A DNA stretch of 64,000 bases from Calcarisporiella thermophila CBS 279.70. Taxonomy: Eukaryota > Fungi > Calcarisporiellomycota. This document shows positions 53,133 to 64,000 of this stretch, piece by piece (positions within the stretch are counted from its first letter, which is position 1; the number at the start of each line of letters is the position of its first letter). The notes under the pieces were generated by a model. The model made no database searches. It saw nothing but the letters and a program-made list of their open reading frames with translations, and was not told where the DNA came from. The stretch spans positions 1,057,796 to 1,121,795 of the forward strand of contig NW_027192192.1 in assembly GCF_041956535.1 (NCBI RefSeq), read 5' to 3'. Position numbers and translations under genes: made by a program.

Positions 53133-54579
53133 CTTCGTTGTCAAGAGAGAATTCGAACAATACGGTGAGGGGGGGGGAATGAAAAGAGAACAAAAGCGCT
53201 TTTTCTCAGGGGATAAATAAACAAGCTATATTTTAAACTCCCCAGGGAAGCGGATTGCGTTCTACTGTCCATGGCAGCTGGGATTCGTTCTTCCTCCCAT
53301 CACGATAACGGAAAATAGTATACTCTGCCGTAACACAGCCGTCTCAGTGCAACCGTATTAATTTCCTTCCTTTTCAGTCCCGAAGGGGTGATGAGCGCAC
53401 TAGTATCGGGGCTCCCGCTCTTTCTTCCGATGGCGGCCCTCTCCGATTGGTCGGATGGAGGATATTTTATCCCGTGACGGCTCTGAGCGAGCGAGGAGTC
53501 GAATCCAAGACTTGTTCCAGTAAATTCCTCTGCTCTGCAAAAGCCGGGCCCGGAAGCGGTGAAGAGAATATCTTCCCCCTTCCATCGGTCAAGTAGAGAG
53601 TGTTTCGCGCACATCCCAAGGTTCTCTGGGCCGTCTGCCCTTTCCTCTGTCTTCTTCTCGATATGATTCATCCAGTCGGGTTACTCCCTATCCTCTCCAA
53701 TGGCGTGCCGGTGAGAAGGACGCTCTCCCGCGCCAAAATCGAGGGATAGTGAAATCCAGAGTGGAAATGGGCCCCACTATCTCGCCTGATTTCGAACCAC
53801 CTTTACCTTTCCAGAAAAATCCCCGGAGTGTGGCCAGATAGCAGAGCATTTCCCATTGAAACTTACGTCATGCCCAGAATTAAATTAAATCACTCTAGAC
53901 GCGTTAGCTAAGAGGGAGACTCGAGGAAAAGCTTTAACCATGATATTTTTAGTATGAAAATAGGGTTTATTTTCCTCAATTCTATTGATTGGTGGGGCAG
54001 TTAACACAAGCTTCCACGAGGAAACTATCGAGAGGCTTCGGGTGATCCTTAGCCTTTCTCTACGCCTTTATTGCCTAATTTTCTGCCGTCATGAGAAAGA
54101 AATTTTCAAGGTAGCATCTGCAGGTAAATGCTCTTTTCAAAACACCAGAGGGCCATCGGAGAAAGAGCGGCTTGATTGAAGCGGGTGATGGCATCAGTGC
54201 GCCGTAAAAGGCCTCGGGGGACCAGGCGTTTTCATTTTAAATGGCTTTCTCCTCTGGTTTTCGGCCCATGATAAGACAGCCCCAATGGGAATACTATGAC
54301 AAAGGTGTATGATGGAGGATAGGCTTCCCTCCTGTGTGATTCTCGCCATAAATCATCTATCCGTGCAAAACCTTTGAAATCCGCTGTAGGCTTAAGCACC
54401 AGTCAAGCAAATGAACAAGGTGTCGGATGCTAGTTGAACTCATGACGTGGCGCAGTTTGTCTTAAATCATACAGGGGTTCGCCTTCTCACGGCTTTGGGC
54501 TAACGTTTTGCTCTCGATTTTTCTCGGAAGAGCAGCCAAGCATTATTCTCTTCAACCCCGTCTTTTTATTATAAAAAAA

Positions 54580-56130
54580 ATGGAAACCTCTAAACCCATA
54601 GAGCCCCCTCTCTCAGTTGACTTGCCGCATCGAGAAGGCTTGACTACCGAGACCCATGACTGGACCATGGTACGCGCTGGGGATATCGTACGCGATCAGA
54701 AGGTGGTCGTCATGTGAGTTACTCTCTTTTTTTTTTGCCCTCTCTCAAGTCACTCGATGCTAATCCAACTTTTTAGCGACGGTGACCAGCCTGTCGAAGA
54801 AGCATGCGATGTACATTATTAGCCATTTTTCCCTTCCCTCGCTCTTACTTATATCTTCTTTTTTTTTGCTGTGTATAAGGTGCTTGTAAAACATGGAATT
54901 CTTTCTGCACCAGTATACGACAAGAATTCTAAGTCGTACGTTGGTATGTTCGACTATGGTGATGTCATTGCTTACTTGCTGTTGCTTCTTCATCGCCAAG
55001 AGGCTCCAGATCAATCCCTTGAGGTGAAAGAATTGATTCAGCATGCACTCAAGAGTCAGCCTGTGCCCGTCAAGTTGGCGTCTGGTATGGAACCATTTTC
55101 GGCGTAAGAGTGAATCCATGCCAACTTACCTCTCATCCCCATAGATCTGTCGCGTAAGAATCCATTCTATTCGGTGTTCCCGGAAACGCCTCTGCTTCAA
55201 GTGATTGAGGAATTTTCATCGGGAACGCACAGAGTTGCCGTCATGGATGGAAATGGGGATATTAAGGTAATTTCTTTGCGCTGGACATATTTCAAGTCGT
55301 CCATAATACTAATCCTTGCTGGGGGGGTGGGGTGGATCACCGCTATGATTGAATCAGGGCATTCTGTCGCAGTCGGCTGTCGTTGCCTATCTCTATAAAA
55401 ACGTGTCGAAATTCCCTGATCTCTCGTCGTATATGAACAAATCAGTAAGGGGCTCGGCTGCTTTCTTTCTACTTCCCAAGTGCTAAGGATCAAGCCATAA
55501 CTCTCTACCTTTCGGCGATTAGATACACGACCTCTCGCTTGGCAAAGCACCCGTGGTCAGTGTCCAAACGGATCAGCTGGTACTTAATGCTCTCTCAATT
55601 ATGAGTGAGCATGGCATCTCGTCGCTTGCAGTCGTAGACCCGTCCGGCGTGTTGTTGAGCGCAATCACCATGACGGATGTCAAAGTAAGGCGGGGAATTT
55701 TATCAATGGACCTTGCCAAATCGGCCCACTAATCTACTTTTCAACCCTACCCTATTTATCCTAGTATGTCATGAAATCACATCATCATTCGCTCCTTTGG
55801 TCCACCTGCTTCCAGTTTATCTCCCATGTCCGTAGCTTACAAGGCCTTGAGAACGGGCAGGACGCCTATCCAGTGTTTGACATTCGACCCGAATCCACTC
55901 TGGGATTTGCCATTGCAAAATTGGTCGCCACTAGGGCACATCGTTTGTGGGTCACCGAGCCGCGTGGTCAGGTCATTGGAGTTGTGAGCCTGACGGATAT
56001 CTCCAGAGTATTTGCAAAAAGCGCCGGGTTAACCGTGCCTACTGGACGCACCAGCGGCAGTGGCACAGGATTGAGGGAGCGCAAGGGAAGTTTGGCTAAA
56101 GGTTCGAGCCTCGGACTGGTGGGCATGTGA
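54580..56130 (+). CDS. SDS23: CBS-domain protein, Sds23/Sds24 family
   Basis: GMFDYGDVIAYLL, DLSRKNPF, GTHRVAV, GILSQS, ISSLAVVD, AKLVATRAHRLWV..GVVSLTDI. Six introns. Confidence 0.85.
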
Positions 56131-56687
56131 GCCCACACCTCCCCAAGGCATGCCAAGCATGGGTGATTAGGGGAATTGCCACGATGGCACTAGTGTAATT
56201 TTTGTCGTTGTTATGATTTCTCTCTTTTTCTTTGGCCTCCTCTCGAATTCGTGTGGTATCATGTATCATATTTTATTATTTTCTGTCTCGAGTTCTTTTT
56301 TCTTTATTTTTTTCTTTTAACTCCTATTTCTGATTTCTTTTTTTTTCTTCCTTTACCTTTCTCGCCCGCCCTCTTTCCCAATGTATTGTATTATGGTGTC
56401 AAGTAATCCTCATCCGCTTGAAGGTGGTGGGAAACCCCACTTGAAACGCAGCAGGAAGATGAGATGCTTTCAAACTCTAATGAGTTCGAAAAAACCGTCA
56501 GTGGGCTCAAGATGAGATGCGGAGATCGATTCCAATGTCTGGGTCTGCAAAATTGACTGCAAATGATGGGTTCTATCGAATCAGTTGATACCATGACTTC
56601 CAGCGCTTACTTGCCCGCTTGTTTGCCCGTTTGCTTGTCCTTTTTCTTGTCCTCTCCGTCCTTCATGGCCGCCATCCCATCCAGCCC

Positions 56688-57200
56688 ATGTATAAGACGG
56701 ATTCCCCTAGCAAAACTATGGACCATGCCTCAAGAAACTCGGCCACCCCTAGGGCCTCTTTCCCCGTGGATACGCTAAATGGTGTATCCCAATCGCCACG
56801 AATCTCTCGAAGCCTCCACCACCGTTCCATCCCATCCGCTTCGCTTGCATCCGAGCGAAGCCACTCGCCTGTTTCTACCTTGCGTGTTGCCAGTCCATAC
56901 AATCCCATGTCTGCCACCGCTACGCAAGCATCCCGCACCGACACCGAATTCATGAAGAGCACGTATCGCTTGGCGAAACTCCCGGGGTTCCCTGTGAAGC
57001 TCCGATGCATCCACTGCAAGAATGTGGTGACAAGCGAGGTGGTGTATAGAAATGGGACCTTGGTGTGGCTGGTCGCATTTGGACTGTTGCTTCTGACGAT
57101 AGTGCTTGCGTGGGTGCCTTTTATATTGGACTCGTGCAAGGATATCGAGCATAAGTGTCCGCGATGTGGCCGAAAAATCGCTCGACAGAATCGCATCTAG
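56688..57200 (+). CDS. LITAF-like zinc-ribbon membrane protein
   Basis: CIHC..T.V...G, a hydrophobic segment, then KDIEHKCPRC. The start codon is uncertain. Confidence 0.85.
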   Translation: MYKTDSPSKTMDHASRNSATPRASFPVDTLNGVSQSPRISRSLHHRSIPSASLASERSHSPVSTLRVASPYNPMSATATQASRTDTEFMKSTYRLAKLPGFPVKLRCIHCKNVVTSEVVYRNGTLVWLVAFGLLLLTIVLAWVPFILDSCKDIEHKCPRCGRKIARQNRI

Positions 57201-57477
57201 TCCCCTCCGCGCGGTGTCAGCTTGCTTCTTGAACAGGGTGCCAGTGGCCTCGTCACTATTTCCTATGTATATTCTTTAGACTGGATTCTATTTCTTTCCT
57301 GGGGAGGGCATTGGTTGGGCAAGGGTTCCATGGTCGCAGGACGGATTGATACCTACCTCTATTTATATAATGTTCCATAATCTGTTTCGTTTGTCTGCTA
57401 TTCCCGCCCATTTTATCTGCTTGAACAATAATAGTATATTTTATTGCCCAATATGTGGAGTGGAGGGTCAAATGTGT

Positions 57478-57912
57478 TCAAAACTCGATATCGAGCATGA
57501 TGAGATTCCATTTCCATAGATCCTTTTCTTTCTTTTTCTTCTTCTCTTCAGTGTCCCCATCCTGCTTGACTCCTTCGTCCCCTTGTCCTCTTTCCGTAAT
57601 CACCTCCTTCTCCTCCTGTTTGAAGCTCCCAAGCCATAATTCGGTATCTTCTTCGAAAGATGAGGTCGTCTTTTGGGGATGCAACCCCCCCTCACTTACA
57701 GCGTCGAGCAAAACATCCACTAAATTGGCCGCATTCCGTAGATTTGGCTCGGCTAGACTAGAGTGACGAAGAGATGAGGCTATTGTGCGCGATGGCGTCA
57801 AAAATATTCGCTGGTTTGTCTGTGTTTGGATGTCTTGATGGGGCTGGATAGGACAACATAAAGCTAGAGTGGAGGTAGTGGAAAAGAGAGCGATCGCTAG
57901 TGGAATTTTCAT
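57478..57912 (-). CDS. Small putatively secreted protein of unknown function
   Basis: 144-aa ATG ORF with a signal-peptide-like N-terminus (MKIPLAIALFSTTSTLALC) and a charged C-terminal half. Confidence 0.6.
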   Translation of the reverse strand: MKIPLAIALFSTTSTLALCCPIQPHQDIQTQTNQRIFLTPSRTIASSLRHSSLAEPNLRNAANLVDVLLDAVSEGGLHPQKTTSSFEEDTELWLGSFKQEEKEVITERGQGDEGVKQDGDTEEKKKKKEKDLWKWNLIMLDIEF

Positions 57913-58221
57913 TGTATGGAATGGTTGAGCTTAGAAAGGGGGCGACGAGGAAAAAAGGATACTGATGCGAAGAGCTTAGAGAAGTTGAGGAGTCCCTAGG
58001 CCGTGTTGGCCATCACTTTTTATTATGGCGCGAGCACTGATGGCATCAAAAATCCCGTAACCCAATCCTCCTTCTATTCAAGACATGTCTCATACCAAAA
58101 TTTATCAATTTTTTAACAATTAAGTGCGGCGAGATAATCCGGGATATTTAAATGGATAGGTGCATGACCGAGAAGAATAAATACAAAATAATCTCGCACC
58201 GATCCCTCTTCGATTACAACC

Positions 58222-58820
58222 ATGGGCAAACAAAAGCAAGCGCCTGCAAAAGGTTCCAAATCGAGTGGAGGCGATGACAGTGGCAGTGGTGGTAAGAGCG
58301 GCGGAAAGCTCAAGGCCGCAAATAGCATAAAGGTACGGCACATTCTTTGCGAGAAACATTCCAAAATTATGGAGGCGCTGGAGAAGATTAAAGGGGGTAT
58401 GAGTTTTGATAAAGTCGCTGAGCAATACAGTGAAGACAAGGCAAAGCAGGGAGGTGAGTACTCGTGATCTTGGATAAGCGTTGAGTAAAAAGAAGCTGAA
58501 GGCTATCTGTGAGGTAGGCAGCTTAGGCTGGATGGCAAGAGGATCGATGGTCGGCGCGTTCCAGGAAGCTGCATTCGCACTCCAACCAAGCACTGTTGGT
58601 GAGTATGGCTGTCACTCGCCCATGTCTTTTGATTTGTTCTTATTCTACCCATTCCATTAGGGAACCCCATCTATACAAATCCGCCTGTAAAGACGCAATT
58701 TGGCTACCATATTATCATGGTTGAGGTGGGTGTTTTTCTGTTTTGACCTTACGTTTCTCCCCCACTCTTGATATTCCTCCATGCTCATATTGCACCTTCT
58801 TTTTCTAGGATCGAAAGTAA
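58222..58820 (+). CDS. PIN4: Parvulin-type peptidyl-prolyl isomerase Pin4/Par14
   Basis: Lys/Gly-rich N-terminus, [49 protein letters not shown]. Three introns. Confidence 0.95.
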
Positions 58821-58884
58821 GCTTTGTGTAAGACAAGCAGCGGGATAAAATAAGAGAAATAAAAGATTGTTTTATTAAAATATC

Positions 58885-59472
58885 TTAAGCGGAGGAGGAG
58901 GCATTCTTCTTGACAGCTTGGGTTCCTGTGGAGGGAGCATAAATCAATAAAGGGTTCCAACGGCCGTTCCATCGTAATGCAAGAAATCCAATCTAAACAT
59001 AGATCCTTTACTTACCCTCACGGAAGCCATTCTTGAACCGGCGGCTCACATTCCTCAAGTAACGCATGCGGCCAGTTCCAGTGGTCTTTCTTCTCTTTGC
59101 CTTCTGGCCCCATTCATAGTGACGCAGCTTGGCGGCAGGGTAACCGCATTGAGCGCATGTCTTCTTCTGTTTATGGAAGGAGCGGCGCCCGCAGCGAATG
59201 CAGAGGGTATGCGACTTGGTGTGACGTTTGCCGAAGCTCTGGGTGCCCTTTGTCTATTGGGGAACATATGGAAAAACCAGGAGGGGTTAGCAAAGATCTC
59301 CAGATCGATCGCGATGGATGTCGCGCAGATCAAAAAAAAAGTAATCTTGAGATGCTTATTCGAGGTTGACAACGGAGGCGGACACCTCATCGTCACATCC
59401 TCGAATAAACCAGGACAGCAGAACGAATGCCATCCAGGGTGTAAAGGATGGATGGATGGATGTACTCACCAT
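58885..59472 (-). CDS. RPL37: 60S ribosomal protein L37 (eL37)
   Basis: Exons 59472-59470 (ATG only), 59253-59016 and 58925-58885. Reads [50 protein letters not shown]. Confidence 0.97.
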
Positions 59473-60562
59473 ATTGTTCGGGTGGCTCGACCTCGCGTCT
59501 CTTCTCTGTAATTCAGGAGGAAAAGTAAAAGGAAGCTAGGGGAACGGGATTGTCTTACGGGGGTGTGGTGGATTAGGTTAGAGCTGCTAACCTAGCTCCA
59601 TCCAATTTATTTTTGTCCGCGATCCGCCGTACCGAATTTCTTTTTATAGCTTGAAGCTTTCGCGGTTTGTTTCCCCGTTGTGAGCATATACTTTTTTATT
59701 CTCGTGGAACAGGCCTACAACCGGAAGCTATATTGGGATTGTCAAGGGCCGCGACAAGCTTCTCTACAGAAGTCCACTTGGCATACAAGGAGCAATTGGC
59801 AAGGTCCATGGATAAACAACTGTAGCCATATTCGACGCGAGCAAAACCTAACCTAGTAATTAAGCATTGACCAATGGGGCCAGGGGAAATAAAACGAAGA
59901 AAAAAAAAGGGTGCGGAGGTCAGAGAGGGTTTGGAGTTCTGACCACCTCGCATTTGTAACTTTAGCGTTCCTTTCTGTTCTCCTTAGGAATCATCTGGCT
60001 ATTTCCCCCCCCTCTCCTATCACCGTCTCTGTTTTTCTGTGCTGCCGACCCCAGAAAACATCATCCTTTGCCATCATTGATTCTCTGCCCCATCCATCCC
60101 CCCTTCATCGCCTTCCATCCGCCTGATTCTCCGCGCCCTCTCTTTGTTTGTATTTTCATCTCTGCCCTCCTCACCCACTTTCCTTATTTTTCTATACACG
60201 CAAATACAGATTGGGAGGAATCCTATTTATTTTTCGGGGTTATCTTTACGCAGCTTTTCACAATATCCATTTTCCCTTATATCCCATTTGTCAATCTCCA
60301 TTTGGTCCTCGAAGCAACTTTGCCGGTTTTCCAAAGCATAATTCCGATTTTCGAGATCCATACTCAGGCATATATGTTCATCTAAGAATACGTAGCTAGG
60401 TATGCACCGCAAGATGGGATGATGGAGGGAGGGACCCTCTTGATGGTTGACAAATGCAGTTCTGATCATCACCCGATCTCAGCCCGAACCTATTACTCAT
60501 TCTTTTTTCCTTTGCTTTTACTTTTCCATCAGGGAGTTGGAGTTACATACAGGACATAGACT

Positions 60563-63500
60563 ATGAGCTATCGTAATAGTAATGGCTTTGAGGTCCTTCC
60601 TGAGCCTCAAAGCAACCGCTATTCTACACAATCAAGCAATGGCGACAATGAGGCTCGCCGGCGCTCGCATCGAAGGTCAAAGCGGGAAAGTGGCCGCATC
60701 GTCCAGTTCCATGCCGATACAGTAGATAATTCTGGCCGCCCACAGACAGCCGCACGTTCTACGCTGCAGCGGCAACGCTCATTGACTAGGCCCGAGCGCC
60801 AACGAGCACGCGTGCCTATGTTGCGTGAAAGTGTATCGGGTGCAGCAGATCTACATCGAGCACAGTCAGTATTTCGTCGCCAGCCTACAAATGCCGCCGG
60901 CGGGGCAGACGAAAGCGCAGGAGCAGGAACAGTTGTCGAGGCTCCAGAAAAACTAAAAAAGAAATTTCATTGTCGCCCGTGGACCTGGTTTTCATGGGTC
61001 GCTACGTGTTGTTTCCCCAGCTTCTTCCTCAGATCGATTGGAAAAACAGACCCACATATGCAACAAGCATGGAGGGAGAAAGTGACCCTCTGTTTGATCG
61101 CACTCTTCTTTATGGGCATTCTCGGGTTTCTTACATTTGGGTTGCAAAGGTCTTTGTGTCCCGAGAACCGCTCCTCCTTCTCATACACAGTCCGCCATGA
61201 CAACGGCACGCTCAGTCTCTTTTTTCGGGAGAACGTCACAGTAAACGGGCAGCTGTACGGATATCCTCAGATGACCACATTTTTGGCCAAGCGCGGGATC
61301 ACGCTAAATGGCGACTTTAAAAACGTTGATATGTCGGGTCTCTTCGACGGATCCGACCCGAGCTGTCAGGAGTATGATAAATTTAGAAGAAATCTTCCCG
61401 GCAACTGCTCAGTGGTCAATCCCATGGGAGGGCCTCCGTTGCAGACGCCCAATGGAGCGTGTATCAGTCTTGCCGAGCTACAAAAAGAAGTTCGCCCTCT
61501 TGGAGTGCTTTTCTACGAGTGGGAAAACTTGGCGAAAAACAACCTCGATCCAAACCCGAAGTTAATGGTGCTAAACAACGCAGGTAAATAAGGGTCATCT
61601 AATGCACATTGTTCTTTTCCCTCTGCTCACCCCCCCCCCCCTCCTCTGCTCTATTCAATAGTGATGAATATGTCCAGCTACAAAATGGCTAACGACCCAT
61701 ACTTTGGCCCGGCCATCGATAAGATCATCCAAAACAATCTCGGCAAGGATGCGACCGCCAGTTTTCTTGCCCACCAGGATACCAAGAATGCCATTAAATG
61801 CATTCAATCGCGTTACATGTCTGGTGTTCTTTCGAGCGAAACTTTTGGCTGCTTCGCCTCCAATATCATCATGTACGTGTCGCTCGCGGTGATTGTGGCG
61901 CTGATTGTCGTGCGTTTCGCAATGGCCGTTGCGTTTAGTTGGTGCATTGCCCATCGGTTAGTGAAGCCGGGGGGGAGACACGGAATGCCCTGGTCTCGCA
62001 ATGGCAATAAGGGGCATATCCAGCGGAAAAATTCATTTTACGACATGAATGCTCCCAATCCGGTGGTGGATTCAGGCGTGTCGGTGCGCTCGTCCTTTTC
62101 AATGAACGGAAGCCCGGCAAGTCTCGCCAACAAACAGCCCCGCCTTAGCCAAAGCACGGAGCTATCAGCGCAAAGCCAGGTCTTGGATACAAAGCTCTAC
62201 ACGGTCATGCTGGTCACCTGCTATTCCGAGGGGGAGGAGGGTCTGCGAACCACTTTGGACTCACTCGCAGCAACCACCTATTCCCCCAAGCACAAGATGT
62301 TCTTCATCGTATGCGACGGAATTATTACTGGTTCGGGGAACAGCAAAAGTACGCCGGACTTGGTCATAGATATGCTCACCTTTGAGGATGGTATGCGGGA
62401 TCCGAAGCCGTGCTCCTACGTTGCTATCGCGGATGGTGAGAAACAACACAACATGGCCAAAGTGGTAAGTGTGGCGGCCTATTTTTCTATCGCTACCTTT
62501 TTAATTTCCACTAACCAACCCCCTTCCTCTCCTCCTCTCTCAAATCCGTAATCAATCAGTATGCCGGCCATTACGTGTACAATGATATGTGGGTTCCAGC
62601 CGTCTGCGTGGTCAAGTGTGGTTCTCCTGCAGAGGCCACGGCACCTAAACCGGGTAACCGTGGCAAGCGTGACTCCCAAGTCATCTTAATGGCATTTTTC
62701 CAGCGCGTTCTGTTCAACGACCGCATGACCGAGCTTGATTACGAAATCTTCTGGAAGATTACATGGCTGATGGGAGGAGTCACTCCTGACAAGTTCGAGA
62801 TTGTGCTCATGGTCGATGCGGACACCAAGGTCATGCCGAATTCGCTCGACGCTATGGTTGCCGCAATGGTCAACGATGTAACGATCATGGGACTATGCGG
62901 GGAGACTCGTATCGCCAACAAACGTCAGACATGGGTAACCATGATCCAGGTGTTCGAGTACTACATCAATCACCATTATGCAAAAGCGTTCGAGTCCGTG
63001 TTCGGTGGCGTCACTTGCTTGCCCGGGTGCTTCTGCATGTACCGAATTAAAGCGCCCAAAAATGGCGCCTGGGTTCCGATTCTGGCTAACCCAGACATCC
63101 TGCTGGAGTACAACCAGAACGTGGTCACGACGCTTCACGCCAAGAATCTCCTCCTGCTTGGGGAGGATCGTTTCCTCTCCACCCTCATGCTCCGCACCTT
63201 CCCCAAACGACAGATGCTCTTTGTTCCCCAGGCAATATGCAAAACGGTGGTCCCCGACACGTTTAGCGTCCTTCTTTCGCAGCGCCGAAGATGGATCAAC
63301 TCCACCATCCATAATCTCATGGAGCTGGTGCTCGTCTCCGATCTCTGCGGTATCGCATGTCTCTCCATGCAGTTCGCCGTGTTTGTCGAGTTGGTAGGCA
63401 CCATCGTGCTACCCGCCGCCATCACCTTTACCGGGTGGCTTATTCTCTCCTCCTTCATCATTGCGCCGCAGACAATCCCGCTGCTGCTGCTGGCAGCCGT

Positions 63501-64000
63501 TCTAGGATTACCTGGATTGCTTATTGTGATCACGACACGGAAACTTGTCTATGTTGGCTGGATGTTGGGTAAACTCTCTTTTCCAATCTTCCGTCTTCGC
63601 TAAGACCAGTTGGGATATTGGGTGCTAACATTTTTTTTCCTTCCTTTCTTTTTAGTCTACTTGCTCGCATTACCCATATGGAATTGCGTCCTTCCCATCT
63701 ACGCCTATTGGCATTTTGATGACTTCTCCTGGGGTCAAACCCGAAAAGTTCAAGGCGAGACTGGAAAGGACGACCACGGCAAAAAAGAGGGCGAGTTTGA
63801 CTCCTCAAATATAGCAATGAAGAAGTGGGAGGAGTGGGAGCGTGAGCGGCTCGGTATGCAGAAACCTGCGCGACCCTTGACAATGCGTCAGAGTATGTTT
63901 GTGGATGCGTTCGGTGCGGGCAAAGGCGCCGAGTTTTTGACCTTGCCGGGAACGGGTCCAGGCAGCCTACGACCATTGTCCCACACATATAGCACCAATA
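60563..64000 (+). CDS. Chitin synthase, division 2 (class IV / Chs3-like), runs off the window end
   Basis: [81 protein letters not shown]. Confidence 0.96.

Noticed and set aside
53388-53486. Box C (GTGATGA) and box D (CTGA) ~100 nt apart, suggesting a C/D snoRNA
   Set aside because: There is no terminal stem and I recognise no rRNA-complementary guide. It sits in the MFS promoter region. snoscan or Rfam would be needed to revive it.
56663-57196. Antisense ORF over the LITAF gene, and similar shadow ORFs over SEC26, the TPT gene, CHS and 6258-8930
   Set aside because: These are shadows of real GC-rich coding regions and carry no recognisable motifs.

Overview
Gene-dense, intron-rich eukaryotic DNA from a fungus. 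Short 50-80 nt GT-AG introns, CTAAC branch points and the gene content (YANK kinase, Sip5, Hsp12, class IV chitin synthase) suggest an early-diverging lineage such as Mucoromycota; that placement is inference. I reconstructed 28 protein-coding genes by splicing them by eye. They encode a 4-finger C2H2 TF, Hsp12, a small hydrophilin, an ~870-aa disordered protein, Sip5, beta-COP, Mlh1, Psf1, Adk1, a YANK kinase, glutamate decarboxylase, an A20/AN1 protein, a SAM protein, Afg1, a PTS1-bearing alpha/beta hydrolase, Atg9, symplekin/Pta1, a TPT-family transporter, a His1 homologue, an isoaspartyl peptidase/asparaginase, a 39-aa Cys-rich microprotein missed by the ORF track, an MCT-type MFS transporter, Sds23, a LITAF protein, a small secreted protein, Pin4, Rpl37 and a 3'-truncated chitin synthase. 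I recognised no tRNA, rRNA, transposon or CRISPR. The most interesting points are: (1) a His1 that keeps its catalytic motifs but has lost the histidine-feedback motif; (2) the hidden spliced Cys-rich microprotein; (3) a strongly paired RPL37 intron; (4) an SKL signal that exists only after the last intron is spliced; (5) an effector-like secreted protein with a poly-Lys tract; (6) an apparent homopolymer frameshift in symplekin.
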